From: Thermoanaerobaculia bacterium
GTDB taxonomy: Bacteria; Acidobacteriota; Thermoanaerobaculia; Multivoradales; J023
Direction of reading: 5' to 3'
DNA: 64,000 nt
NCBI GenBank assembly: GCA_030431255.1
Contig: JAUIJL010000005.1
Coordinates: 29,313-93,312, forward strand
The notes beneath the pieces were generated by a model. It saw nothing but the letters and a program-made list of their open reading frames with translations. It was not told the origin of the DNA and did no database searches. Position 1 is the stretch's first letter. Every line of letters starts with the position of its first letter. Of this stretch, positions 1 to 8,903 are shown piece by piece. The position numbers and the translations under genes are program-made.

Positions 1-1
1 G

Positions 2-847
2 GTGGAGATTCGGCGCCGACTGGGATTCATCTTCCAGGCGCACAACCTCTTCGAATCTTTGACCGCGCTGCAAAACGTGACCCTGGCTTTGGAGCTGCAC
101 GGCGAGAGCCGCCATGAGATCGATCGGCGAGCCAAAGCCATGCTCGGCGCCGTGGGCCTCGGGGATCGCATGGGCCACAAGCCGGAGGCCCTCTCCGGCG
201 GTCAGAGGCAGCGGGTCGCGGTCGCCCGTGCCCTCGCCCACCGACCCGGCCTGATCCTGGCGGACGAGCCCACCGCCGCTCTCGACGCCCAAACCGGTCG
301 ACAGGTGATCGAGCTCTTGCAAGAGCTGGCCCACGAGCAAAAGACCTCGACCCTTTTGGTCACCCACGACAACCGCATCCTCGATGTCGCCGATCGGATC
401 GTCAACATGGTCGACGGCCGAATCGTGTCCGACATCCGGGTCGGCGAATCCCTGGAGATCTGTGAGTTCCTCGCCAAGGTACCGGCGTTTGCCTCCCACA
501 GCCCAGGAGGCCTGACGGAAATCGCCGAGCACATGCGACGCCGCACCTTCGGCCCCGATGAGGTGATCTTTCGGGAGGGAGAAACCGGCCACGGATTCTT
601 CATCATTCGGTCGGGCTCGGTACGCATCCTCGACGATCCCGAAGGGCACGAGCTGGCGGTTCTCGAGCCGGGTCAATTCTTCGGCGAGGTGGCCCTGATG
701 ACCGGCCGGCCCCGCAATGCCACGGCCGTGGCCGTGGACCACACCGAGCTCCTCTTCCTGGCCAAAGAAGCGTTTCAACAAGCGCTCGACCGTGAAAAGA
801 GCTTTCGCGACCAATTGCTCCAGGTCTTCACGGTCCGCCATTCGTAG
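2..847 (+). CDS. ABC transporter ATP-binding protein (DevA/LolD-like) with C-terminal cyclic-nucleotide-binding domain; 5' truncated by window
   Basis: GFIFQAHNL Q-loop, LSGGQRQRVAVARAL signature, ILADEPT Walker B, VTHD H-loop; C-terminal FFGEVALMTGRPRNATAVA cNMP-binding cassette. Confidence 0.9.
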   Translation: MEIRRRLGFIFQAHNLFESLTALQNVTLALELHGESRHEIDRRAKAMLGAVGLGDRMGHKPEALSGGQRQRVAVARALAHRPGLILADEPTAALDAQTGRQVIELLQELAHEQKTSTLLVTHDNRILDVADRIVNMVDGRIVSDIRVGESLEICEFLAKVPAFASHSPGGLTEIAEHMRRRTFGPDEVIFREGETGHGFFIIRSGSVRILDDPEGHELAVLEPGQFFGEVALMTGRPRNATAVAVDHTELLFLAKEAFQQALDREKSFRDQLLQVFTVRHS

Positions 848-1024
848 CTCCCACGGAACGGAAATCAAGCCAATTTGCTGCCGCCTTGTGCCCCCGAGCA
901 CGGGCGTTATACTTTTATCTGCACATTGTCGACCGCCGGCTCGAACGATGCGTTGGTCAAAAGCGAGCTTCCACCCTACCGTTCGACCTCCACGCCCCAT
1001 TCATCCGCCCGTACGGAGCCCCCC

Positions 1025-1438
1025 ATGAACCTCGCCGACAAGAGCATATTGATCGCCGAGGACAACCCCGTGAGCGCCATGGTCCTCGAAGGGATGCTCA
1101 GCTCCCTCGGTTGCCGCGCAACCACCGCCGCAGACGGTCTAGAAGCCTTGGAGCAGCTGGAGCAGGCATCTTTCGATCTGGTCCTGATGGATTGTCGGAT
1201 GCCCCGCCTCGACGGCTATCAAACCACCGAGCGGATCCGAGCCCATCCGCGATTCGCGGAGCTGCCGATCGTCGCGGTGACCGCCGAGCAGGGCCAAGAC
1301 CTCCAACGCTGCCTAGACGTGGGCATGAATCAGGTCCTGACCAAACCCGTCGAGCTGGAGAGCCTGCGCCGGGCCCTCGAGTCGTGGCTCAGAGCGCCCC
1401 CTGGGGTCTTCGCAGAGGAAAGCGGAGTCATCTTCTAG
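1025..1438 (+). CDS. Single-domain response regulator receiver (CheY-like)
   Basis: ILIAEDN, DLVLMDCRMPRLDG, AVTA and KP motifs; ATG at 1025 preceded by GGAG. Confidence 0.88.
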   Translation: MNLADKSILIAEDNPVSAMVLEGMLSSLGCRATTAADGLEALEQLEQASFDLVLMDCRMPRLDGYQTTERIRAHPRFAELPIVAVTAEQGQDLQRCLDVGMNQVLTKPVELESLRRALESWLRAPPGVFAEESGVIF

Positions 1439-1447
1439 GGGCCCTTG

Positions 1448-1605
1448 GGCTGGCCGTCCCCAACGTAGGGGAGGGCCTTGCGTCCTCCCGCTCTTCCGGA
1501 TTCCGAATCGGACGGGCGGGAAGGCGGCTGGCCGTCCCCAACGTAGGGGAGGGCCTTGCGCCCTCCCGCTCTTACGGATTCCGAATCGGATGGGCGTGGA
1601 AGGCG
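1448..1605. repeat. Two ~78-bp direct repeats, each holding a GTAG-type REP-like palindrome
   Basis: GTAGGGGAGGGCCTTGCG(T/C)CCTCCC at 1465 and 1543 with near-identical flanks. Confidence 0.85.
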
Positions 1606-1733
1606 AGAGGCTTTGCAGAGGTTTGCAAATCTGAATTGGAAGTTTTAACCTCACATTTCATGATAGTTTTCCCCTCACGTCACTGGGCGCTCATTTCCGG
1701 AGCGTTCCGAGAAACTTCTAGGGGAATCCTCTC

Positions 1734-4700
1734 ATGCAAAGCAAACCGACCGCGGCAACGCCTCTTATTGCTCTTCTAACTTGTTTGACGGCAGTTATAT
1801 GCTGGCTATCCGGCACGACTTCACACGGCCAAGAGCTGATCGACATGGATCAGGATTTCGAAGGCCTCGAAATCACAGCTCTCGCCCACCACGCAGGCAT
1901 TTCCCTGACTCAGGGCCAGCACAACGGTCTACAAAGCGGCGACCTCAACAACGACGGTCAAACCGATCTGGTGATCGGTGCCGGCGGCCGCAACGAAGCG
2001 ACTGTGCTGATTGACGGTGAGGTTTTCATCAAGCTCGGTCCGTTGGCCCCTTGCGGCACGGTGGACCTCAGCGATCCGGCGGAATTCGACATCCATATCG
2101 TCGGCTCCGACCCGCAGGACGTGCTCGGCTGGACCAGCCTGGTCGCGGACATCACCGGTGACGGAATCGACGACCTGCTGGTCAGCGCGTTGCGCGCCGA
2201 CGGTCCTGCCAACGCCCGAGCCGATACCGGTGAGATCTACGCCTTCTTCGGCCCCCTCTCCCCGGGCACTCTCGACGTGAGCACCGACGCCGACTGGACC
2301 CTCTACGGCGGACAGGACAACGAACCGCTCGGGGCCGATATGGCCATTGGCGATCTCAACCACGACGGCCAGCCGGATTTGGTGGTTGGGGCTCCGGACA
2401 CGGCGAACGTCCATCCCGGCGAAGCCCATATTTTCTTCGGTCCCATCGCCGCCGGCTCCCATGACCTGGCATCCCAACCCGCCGACGCCTCCGTCGTCAG
2501 CGCAGACACCGGTGACCAGGTCGGTTATTCCCTCGGCATCGCCGATCTCAGCGGCGACGGACTCGACGATTTGGTGGTTGCAGCCACCGGAGCTCGGCTC
2601 ATTGCCCAGGGTGAAACCTACGTCTTCTTCGGACCCATCGCCGCCGCCGCGGCCCTCGATCGAAATGACGCCGATGTGATCGTGCACGGCACTCGCACCA
2701 TTCAGAGCTTCGGTCGCGGGCTCGACATCGGCGATCTCAACCACGACGGTCAAAGCGATCTCGCCATCGCTTCCAGCTATTTGGAAAATCCCGCCACGAC
2801 CGAAATCACGGGCGCGGCTTCCGTGCTATTCGGTCCTTTGAGCACCGGCACCACCATCGCCTGGGATCAAACGGATGTCGTCTTGTTTATGAGCGAGGTT
2901 GGGCAGGTCCACGACTTGACCGTGGGCGACGTCACCGGCGATGGCTTCGACGATCTCGCGATCGGCGCACCCACCAAAAATCCCGAGGGTCGCGGCACCG
3001 CGGGCGAGGTGGAGATCGCCTTCGGTCCTCTCGCTTCGGGTGTGTGGAACTTTGCCACGAGCCCGGCCGATCTACGCATCATCGGCAAGACCCAGAACGG
3101 CCAGCTCGGCCGGGGCATGACCATCGCCGACCTCACCGGAGACGGCGACTTGGACCTCACCATCTCCGCGTCTTTCCACGCCAATGTCCATGGCACCAAC
3201 GGTGAGGTCTACGTTTACGACGGCCCGGTCGGCTTCCCGATCGACGCCGATCCAGCGCCGGCTTGTGTCGCCTCCAGCCCGCTGACTCTCGCCGGCAGCA
3301 TCAGCTCCGGCCAATCGATCGACCAAGTCGAGGCCCTGGTCAACGGTAATGCCGTCGGCACGGTCTGCTTGGGATGCGGCATCGACCCCAGCTTCTCTTT
3401 TGACTTCCCCCTCGCCGCCTGTGACAACCTGATGCGCTTCCGAGCCGTCGACGACACCGGCCAAGTGGGCGTCGCCACCCGAAAGACTCGCCTGGACGCC
3501 GATGGGCCGGTCTTCGGCGATTGCAACGACATCGAGGTCGAGGTGGCGGAAGGCATCAACGGTGCCGGCGTCCAATTCAATCCGGATCCGGTGGACGCTT
3601 GCGACGGCAACCTGCCGAGCTCCTGCAGCCACGCTTCCGGCAGCTTCTTCCCCCTCGGCGTGACCCAGGTTTCCTGCGACAGCACCGACACCTGCGGCAA
3701 TCCATCGACCTGCGACTTCCGGGTGATCGTCGAAACCGAGACCTTCGACAATACGGAATGCCGGGAAGACGACTTCTCCCAGCCACCGAGCGCGATCTGG
3801 TCCCTCGACACCGTGGGCGACGCCTCCGCCTTGGAAGCCGGAGCGTCCGTCAGCGGCGGCGAGCTGCACCTCAAGGGCACGGGCACGTCTCTCTACGACG
3901 ATCCCCAGGATCACACCACGTTCTTGCACCAAACTGTGACCGGTGACTTCTTCGTCGAAACCGAGATCACCTCCATCCCCGTGGACCTCGGCGGCCAATA
4001 CCGCAAAGGTGGGGTGATGGTGCGCGCAGGTCTAGCGGACGACGCGCCCCGGGTGATGGTGCAATTGGTCCCCCACTTCCCCCAAGGCGCGGGCGACACC
4101 ATGGCGATTCAATTTCACTATCGCGATGCCCTCGGCCAGGCCTTCGAGCTGGGCAGCACGGTGCAGAACATCACCTTGCCGGTTCGGGTCGGCATGTCCC
4201 GCCGTGGTGACGACCTGACGGTCTACTTCGCACGCGACGGTCAGCCGTGGGTCCAACCCGCGGGCGGCTTGGGCAGCGGTCTGGTCAACCTGGATCTCGG
4301 ACCGGACGCCTTGGTGGGTCTCAACGTCACCTCCTACGACGACCAACAACCTTTCACCATGGGCTTCAACGAGGCGTCGATCTGCCAGCCGAATGACGTC
4401 GATCCAGATCCGGTCTCGGTCGGCTGTGACGACCAGGATCCCGTGGATGTGATCTACCTGATGGACCTATCGGGCAGCATGGCCCGCACTTTCGACGGCA
4501 CCTCCAAGCTGGAAGCGTCTCGCCAAGCGATTCACCGCTTGAACGACACCTTCAGCACCTTGACCGACGGCAGCCAAGCGGCTTTGATCACCTACTCCTT
4601 GGGGCAATTCGAGACCGATCCCGCCCAGGCGACCCAAGTGGTGAGCTCGTTCACCGACTTCGCTTCCGTCAGCACGGCAGTGGACGGCCTCAACTTCGGC

Positions 4701-6209
4701 GCGGTGCAGCCCCTGGACGCTTCGCCCACGGCTCTAGCGCTGGCGGCCGCGACCCAGCTCCTGCAAAGCGCCGGCAATCCGGCCCATCGGCAAGTCTTGA
4801 TTTGGTTCACCGACAACCTTCCGAACGTCGACGATCAGCTCAACGGCGGCTCGGTCTACCAGGAGTCGGAGGTGAGGGCACTGAGCATCCTCGACGGCGT
4901 TGGCGATTTCCTGCCCCGCGGCGAGGTCGCGTGGCTGGGCAACGCCAACATCTTGTCCGGCGGCACCATCGTCTTCGACGGTGAGGTGTTGGCGGACGCC
5001 ATGGCCGGCATCGAGAACCTGCTCGCCGGCTTCCCCACCACCCGCATCCTGAGCGCCGTGCCTCGGGACGACGGCTCGTCGAGCCCGGTGATCTCCGAGG
5101 AGCTGTTGGACTATGCGGCCCACCAGAGCGGCGGCGCGGTCTTCGGCGGCACGGGCTCCGACCAACTGATCGAGGCCATGTCCGACCTGCTGGCGGAGGC
5201 CTATTGCAACATCGAAGGGGGCGCCAGCGTCGGCGGCCGAATCTGGCGCGATCTCGATGCCGACGGCACCCAAGATAGCGGCGAAAACGGCGTCTACGGT
5301 GTCACGGTGGAGCTGCTCGACAACACCCAGACCGTGATTGCTTCCGCCGTCACCGGCACCTCGGGCACCTATCGCTTCATCGATATCCCGGCCGGTAGCT
5401 ACGACGTCCGGATCGATTCGGCGAGCCTGCCGTCGGAGCTGACCATCGCCACCTTCGATCCCGACGGTGTGGGCTCCGCGGACTCCTTCGCCGTGACCCT
5501 CGCCGCTTTTGACGCCATCACCGACGGGGACTTCGGTTACGGGGAGACCACCCCGAACACCCAACCGCTGACCGCCTGCGTCGACGACGACTTCAACGAC
5601 GGCGTTCTGCAAGCGGATTGGCGGTCGACCTACCTGGGCAACGCCGACCAGGGCACGGTGGACGAGTCCAATGGCTCGCTCAAGCTCTCCGGTGACGGCA
5701 CGACCCTCTTCGGCGCGTCCGACAACGGTCACTACTTGTACCGTCACGTCAACGGTGATTTCCGCGCCGAGGTCGACGTGGTCGACTTCCCGGTGGATCA
5801 AGGCGGCGCCTACCGCAAGGCCGGTCTGATGGTGCGCGACGGCTTCGGCAGCGCGGCTCCGCGGGTGATGGTGCAATTCGTTCCCCATTGGGCGGGCGGC
5901 AGTAGCACCGCTTTGCAATTCGGCTACCGCGGCACGGCCGGTGCGTCCGACGCGCTCTTGGCCACCAACGTGAACAACCTGCAGCTGCCGGTGCGCATCG
6001 CCATCGAGCGCCAGGGCAACCTATTCACCGTGGAATACTCCACCGACGGCGGCACCACGTGGATTCAGCCCACCGGCCAAGCCGGCGGCTCCATCAGCCT
6101 GAGCATGAGCCCGATTCTTTCCGTGGGTCTGGACGCGGTGTCCTACGACGCCGAGCTCGAGCTGACGGCTGAGCTGGACGATTGGAGCCTGTGCCCTCTG
6201 ACGCCCTGA
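1734..6209 (+). CDS. Large secreted multidomain protein: FG-GAP repeats, HYR-like, duplicated beta-sandwich module, vWA, SdrD B-like
   Basis: Signal peptide; repeated GDLNxDGxxDLxIGA; SGSFFPLGVTQVSC (HYR-like); DLSGS MIDAS; VGGRIWRDLDADGTQD (SdrD B); two homologous YRKxGxMVR...APRVMVQ modules. Confidence 0.85.
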   Translation: MQSKPTAATPLIALLTCLTAVICWLSGTTSHGQELIDMDQDFEGLEITALAHHAGISLTQGQHNGLQSGDLNNDGQTDLVIGAGGRNEATVLIDGEVFIKLGPLAPCGTVDLSDPAEFDIHIVGSDPQDVLGWTSLVADITGDGIDDLLVSALRADGPANARADTGEIYAFFGPLSPGTLDVSTDADWTLYGGQDNEPLGADMAIGDLNHDGQPDLVVGAPDTANVHPGEAHIFFGPIAAGSHDLASQPADASVVSADTGDQVGYSLGIADLSGDGLDDLVVAATGARLIAQGETYVFFGPIAAAAALDRNDADVIVHGTRTIQSFGRGLDIGDLNHDGQSDLAIASSYLENPATTEITGAASVLFGPLSTGTTIAWDQTDVVLFMSEVGQVHDLTVGDVTGDGFDDLAIGAPTKNPEGRGTAGEVEIAFGPLASGVWNFATSPADLRIIGKTQNGQLGRGMTIADLTGDGDLDLTISASFHANVHGTNGEVYVYDGPVGFPIDADPAPACVASSPLTLAGSISSGQSIDQVEALVNGNAVGTVCLGCGIDPSFSFDFPLAACDNLMRFRAVDDTGQVGVATRKTRLDADGPVFGDCNDIEVEVAEGINGAGVQFNPDPVDACDGNLPSSCSHASGSFFPLGVTQVSCDSTDTCGNPSTCDFRVIVETETFDNTECREDDFSQPPSAIWSLDTVGDASALEAGASVSGGELHLKGTGTSLYDDPQDHTTFLHQTVTGDFFVETEITSIPVDLGGQYRKGGVMVRAGLADDAPRVMVQLVPHFPQGAGDTMAIQFHYRDALGQAFELGSTVQNITLPVRVGMSRRGDDLTVYFARDGQPWVQPAGGLGSGLVNLDLGPDALVGLNVTSYDDQQPFTMGFNEASICQPNDVDPDPVSVGCDDQDPVDVIYLMDLSGSMARTFDGTSKLEASRQAIHRLNDTFSTLTDGSQAALITYSLGQFETDPAQATQVVSSFTDFASVSTAVDGLNFGAVQPLDASPTALALAAATQLLQSAGNPAHRQVLIWFTDNLPNVDDQLNGGSVYQESEVRALSILDGVGDFLPRGEVAWLGNANILSGGTIVFDGEVLADAMAGIENLLAGFPTTRILSAVPRDDGSSSPVISEELLDYAAHQSGGAVFGGTGSDQLIEAMSDLLAEAYCNIEGGASVGGRIWRDLDADGTQDSGENGVYGVTVELLDNTQTVIASAVTGTSGTYRFIDIPAGSYDVRIDSASLPSELTIATFDPDGVGSADSFAVTLAAFDAITDGDFGYGETTPNTQPLTACVDDDFNDGVLQADWRSTYLGNADQGTVDESNGSLKLSGDGTTLFGASDNGHYLYRHVNGDFRAEVDVVDFPVDQGGAYRKAGLMVRDGFGSAAPRVMVQFVPHWAGGSSTALQFGYRGTAGASDALLATNVNNLQLPVRIAIERQGNLFTVEYSTDGGTTWIQPTGQAGGSISLSMSPILSVGLDAVSYDAELELTAELDDWSLCPLTP

Positions 6210-6217
6210 TCGCTACC

Positions 6218-6302
6218 CAACGGCATAGCCAAAACAACGGCATAGCCAAAACAACGGCATAGCCAAAACAACGGCATTGCCAAAACAACGGCATTGCCAA
6301 AA
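6218..6302. repeat. Tandem repeat, 5 x 17 bp (CAACGGCAT[A/T]GCCAAAA)
   Basis: Copies start at 6218, 6235, 6252, 6269 and 6286. Confidence 0.95.
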
Positions 6303-6338
6303 CCGGCTCGGGGTCTTGGGCCCCGGGCCGGTTTTCTT
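6299..6338. terminator. Probable bidirectional intrinsic terminator
   Basis: AAAA-CCGGCTCGGGG...CCCCGGGCCGG-TTTTCTTT between convergent genes. Confidence 0.7.
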
Positions 6339-6381
6339 TACCCAGCCGGGTTGGCCGTTCAGCGAGCGACCTGCCCCGGTT

Positions 6382-6690
6382 TCAACACCCATTGGGGCTC
6401 GGTGGGCTCGCGACCTCCCGCGGAGTGATCGAGCGACGCTCCACGGAGCCGGGAATCGTGTGGGACGTCGCGGCACCAGGGCTGAACGCCGGCTCCCCGG
6501 GACCACCCACCAACCATGTGCCCGACCCGCGCCCTTCGCAGCCGGATCCCAATCCCGCCGACATCGCCAAGCCGCCGAGCCCGAGCCGATAGAAGAGTCG
6601 ACGGCGATCGAAAAAGATGTGAGACGGCGTCACCCGCTCCATGGGATCTATCTTCGCCTCGTTGAGCGATTTTCTTTGGATATCTTTCAT
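6382..6690 (-). pseudogene. Probable truncated remnant of MsrP (YedY) methionine sulfoxide reductase; N-terminus only
   Basis: VTPSHIFFDRRRL Tat-like start and RSITPREVAS resemble the MsrP N-terminus; the frame stops before the expected YNNFYEF motif; GAGG RBS. Confidence 0.55.
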
Positions 6691-6804
6691 GGGCACAGTC
6701 CTCGGCGTGGCTCGGACGCGGGAAGCTTTCGTCTCACCGAGCCTACGGTTGGGCCAAGGAATTGGCCTCATCCAGGCCACCAAGCACCGACAGGCTCAAC
6801 GACA

Positions 6805-8016
6805 TCAGTGCAATGCAGTGTTTTGCGCGGTCCGAGAGAGGTACATCGAAAGACCGATCGGCGCCAGCAGAGGCGGCAACAACAACACTGCTTGCGCCAA
6901 AGCCGGGAGCAAATCCAAAGCACCGCTTTCGCTGAAAATAATCGCCGCAGCGCCCAAAACGACCCAAGGTAACGCCCCGCGATCCTCGGATCGTCGGCTC
7001 CACGCCAGGGCCGACGCGCCGCACAGCATCGGCACGAAAATTATCAAGCTATGGCTCCAGATGACCGGCATGCCCAACATGCCCAACAGACACAACAGCA
7101 CCAGGTCGAGCCGTCGGTCCTGCCGCCGGCGAAGTCGCCACCAAGCCACCGAGCAGATCGCGCCGGTGAAAAGCACCAAAATCCACAGGGGCGAGCACTC
7201 AACGCCGAGGGTCTGCAAGATTCGACCGATCGATACCGCGCGAATATCCGTCAATGAGCTCGGGCGAGCCGCGGGCATCTCAAATAAGTAGGGAGACGGC
7301 GCGTTCAGCACCAGACTCGCCACCCCGGCAGAGATCGACGTCTTCAGCCACGGACGATGACGGGCCACCCAACCTCCCACCCCGAGGACGGCCACCGCCG
7401 GAACGGCAAACGGTTTGATCAACACCGAGCAGGCCAAGAGACAACCCGCCACCACCGGCCGTCGTTCCATGATCTCCAAAGCCGTCCACAACAGCGCAAT
7501 GGCCATAAACGACACATTGGCGACCGCCACCCCCAGCTCGACCCCCGTCGACACCACCAGCAGCCCACCGACCAGGAACCAGACCTTTAGGGAATCGTTC
7601 CTGGAGGAATTGGCCCCCGTGCCACCGAATCGACGCCACCATCGCACCGCCCACCCCGCGATCACCAGCAGGGAGCAAAAGCTGAGCAGGCGCAGGAGAG
7701 CCCGGCTGCCTTCCATGCCGAGCCATCGGCTCGACCAGCTACCGAGATGGGCAAAGGCCGGCGGGTAAAGATAGCCGTCGACAGTGAAGGGAGAACGTCC
7801 CTGGGTAACCGCCTCGAAGGCCAGGAGATAAATCCCCTCATCCACCCGCGTCTCGGAATCCAACCAAGTGTCCCCGAAGCGCAAAAGCAAAAGCCCGGCG
7901 ACGATCAAAGGCCCGACTACAGCCCTCCACGCGCCCCATCTTTCGACACCGGAAGTGGCCGTCCGCTCGGATTCAGCTCCGCGAGATGTTGGTCTTTCGA
8001 TCGTGTTTCTCCCCAA
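6805..8016 (-). CDS. Membrane glycosyltransferase, GT87/DUF2029-like
   Basis: DEGIY, YLYPPAFA, ANVSF and LIKP motifs with many TM segments. Confidence 0.75.
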   Translation of the reverse strand: MGRNTIERPTSRGAESERTATSGVERWGAWRAVVGPLIVAGLLLLRFGDTWLDSETRVDEGIYLLAFEAVTQGRSPFTVDGYLYPPAFAHLGSWSSRWLGMEGSRALLRLLSFCSLLVIAGWAVRWWRRFGGTGANSSRNDSLKVWFLVGGLLVVSTGVELGVAVANVSFMAIALLWTALEIMERRPVVAGCLLACSVLIKPFAVPAVAVLGVGGWVARHRPWLKTSISAGVASLVLNAPSPYLFEMPAARPSSLTDIRAVSIGRILQTLGVECSPLWILVLFTGAICSVAWWRLRRRQDRRLDLVLLCLLGMLGMPVIWSHSLIIFVPMLCGASALAWSRRSEDRGALPWVVLGAAAIIFSESGALDLLPALAQAVLLLPPLLAPIGLSMYLSRTAQNTALH

Positions 8017-8169
8017 TGAGCCGCGATCATATCCCGGCTCCCAAAACCCGGCCGGTAGCGGCCCGGATCCAAGACCACAGGTTTCGATAGGATGGGGATC
8101 TGGGTCTTCCTACTGAAGTCTCAGATCTCTGCGTGCCGTGCTTCCACGGCCGATTTCGAGAGGATGCCC

Positions 8170-8802
8170 ATGTCGAATGAGCCCGACCTGCCCCACGACT
8201 CCGCGGACGACGCGATTTCGCCGGAAATCACCCGGCTGCTGCAGAGTTGGACCTCGGGTGATGCCCAAGCCGCGTCGACGCTACTGGAGAAGGTCTATCG
8301 GGATTTGCGCAAACAGGCCGCGAGCTATTTGCGCCGAGAGCGCTCCAACATCACCTACCAGCCGACGGCTCTGGTGAATGAGGTCTACATGAAGCTCAGT
8401 GAGCAGGACCGCATTCAATGGCAGAGCCGATCCCATTTCTTTGCAATCTCCGCCCAGCTCATGCGCCGGATCCTGGTGGATCATGCCCGTGCTCGCCACA
8501 GTCAAAAGCGGGGCGGAGATCAGGTCAAGGTGCCGTTCGAGCTGGCTTTGGAAAAAGCGGAGGTGCGGCCCAGCGAGCTGTTGGCCCTGCACGACGCGCT
8601 GAAAGAGCTGGCGGCCGTGGACCCCATGAAGGCCCAATTGGTGGAGCTCCGGTTTTTCGGTGGCCTGCAATTTCAAGAGATCGCCAAGGTGCTCGACGTA
8701 TCCTCTCCGACGGTCAATCGACATTGGCGGGTGGCGCGGGCATGGCTGTTCCGGCAGCTGAACGGCGAGGCGGGCTCCGAGACCGAAAATCCGCTTCCTT
8801 GA
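8170..8802 (+). CDS. ECF RNA polymerase sigma factor (TIGR02999-like)
   Basis: ITRLLQSW, QPTALVNEVY, SRSHFFA, MRRILVDHAR, VELRFFGG, WRVARAWL. Confidence 0.9.
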   Translation: MSNEPDLPHDSADDAISPEITRLLQSWTSGDAQAASTLLEKVYRDLRKQAASYLRRERSNITYQPTALVNEVYMKLSEQDRIQWQSRSHFFAISAQLMRRILVDHARARHSQKRGGDQVKVPFELALEKAEVRPSELLALHDALKELAAVDPMKAQLVELRFFGGLQFQEIAKVLDVSSPTVNRHWRVARAWLFRQLNGEAGSETENPLP

Positions 8803-8816
8803 GTCGGCTTCCGCAC

Positions 8817-8842
8817 AAAAAAATCCCGCCTTTCGGCGGGAG
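8817..8842 (-). terminator. Intrinsic terminator of efflux operon
   Basis: AAAAAAA-TCCCGCC-TTTC-GGCGGGA; the U-tract lies on the minus strand. Confidence 0.7.
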
Positions 8843-8903
8843 GAAAGGGACGGCGTTCGCCGTCTCGGAGCTTGTTTAACTTGTCTAAAACGTGCTGCTC
8901 GGA

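Noticed and set aside
1448..1605. Possible CRISPR repeat-spacer unit
   Set aside because: Only two copies, and the whole 78-bp unit is duplicated
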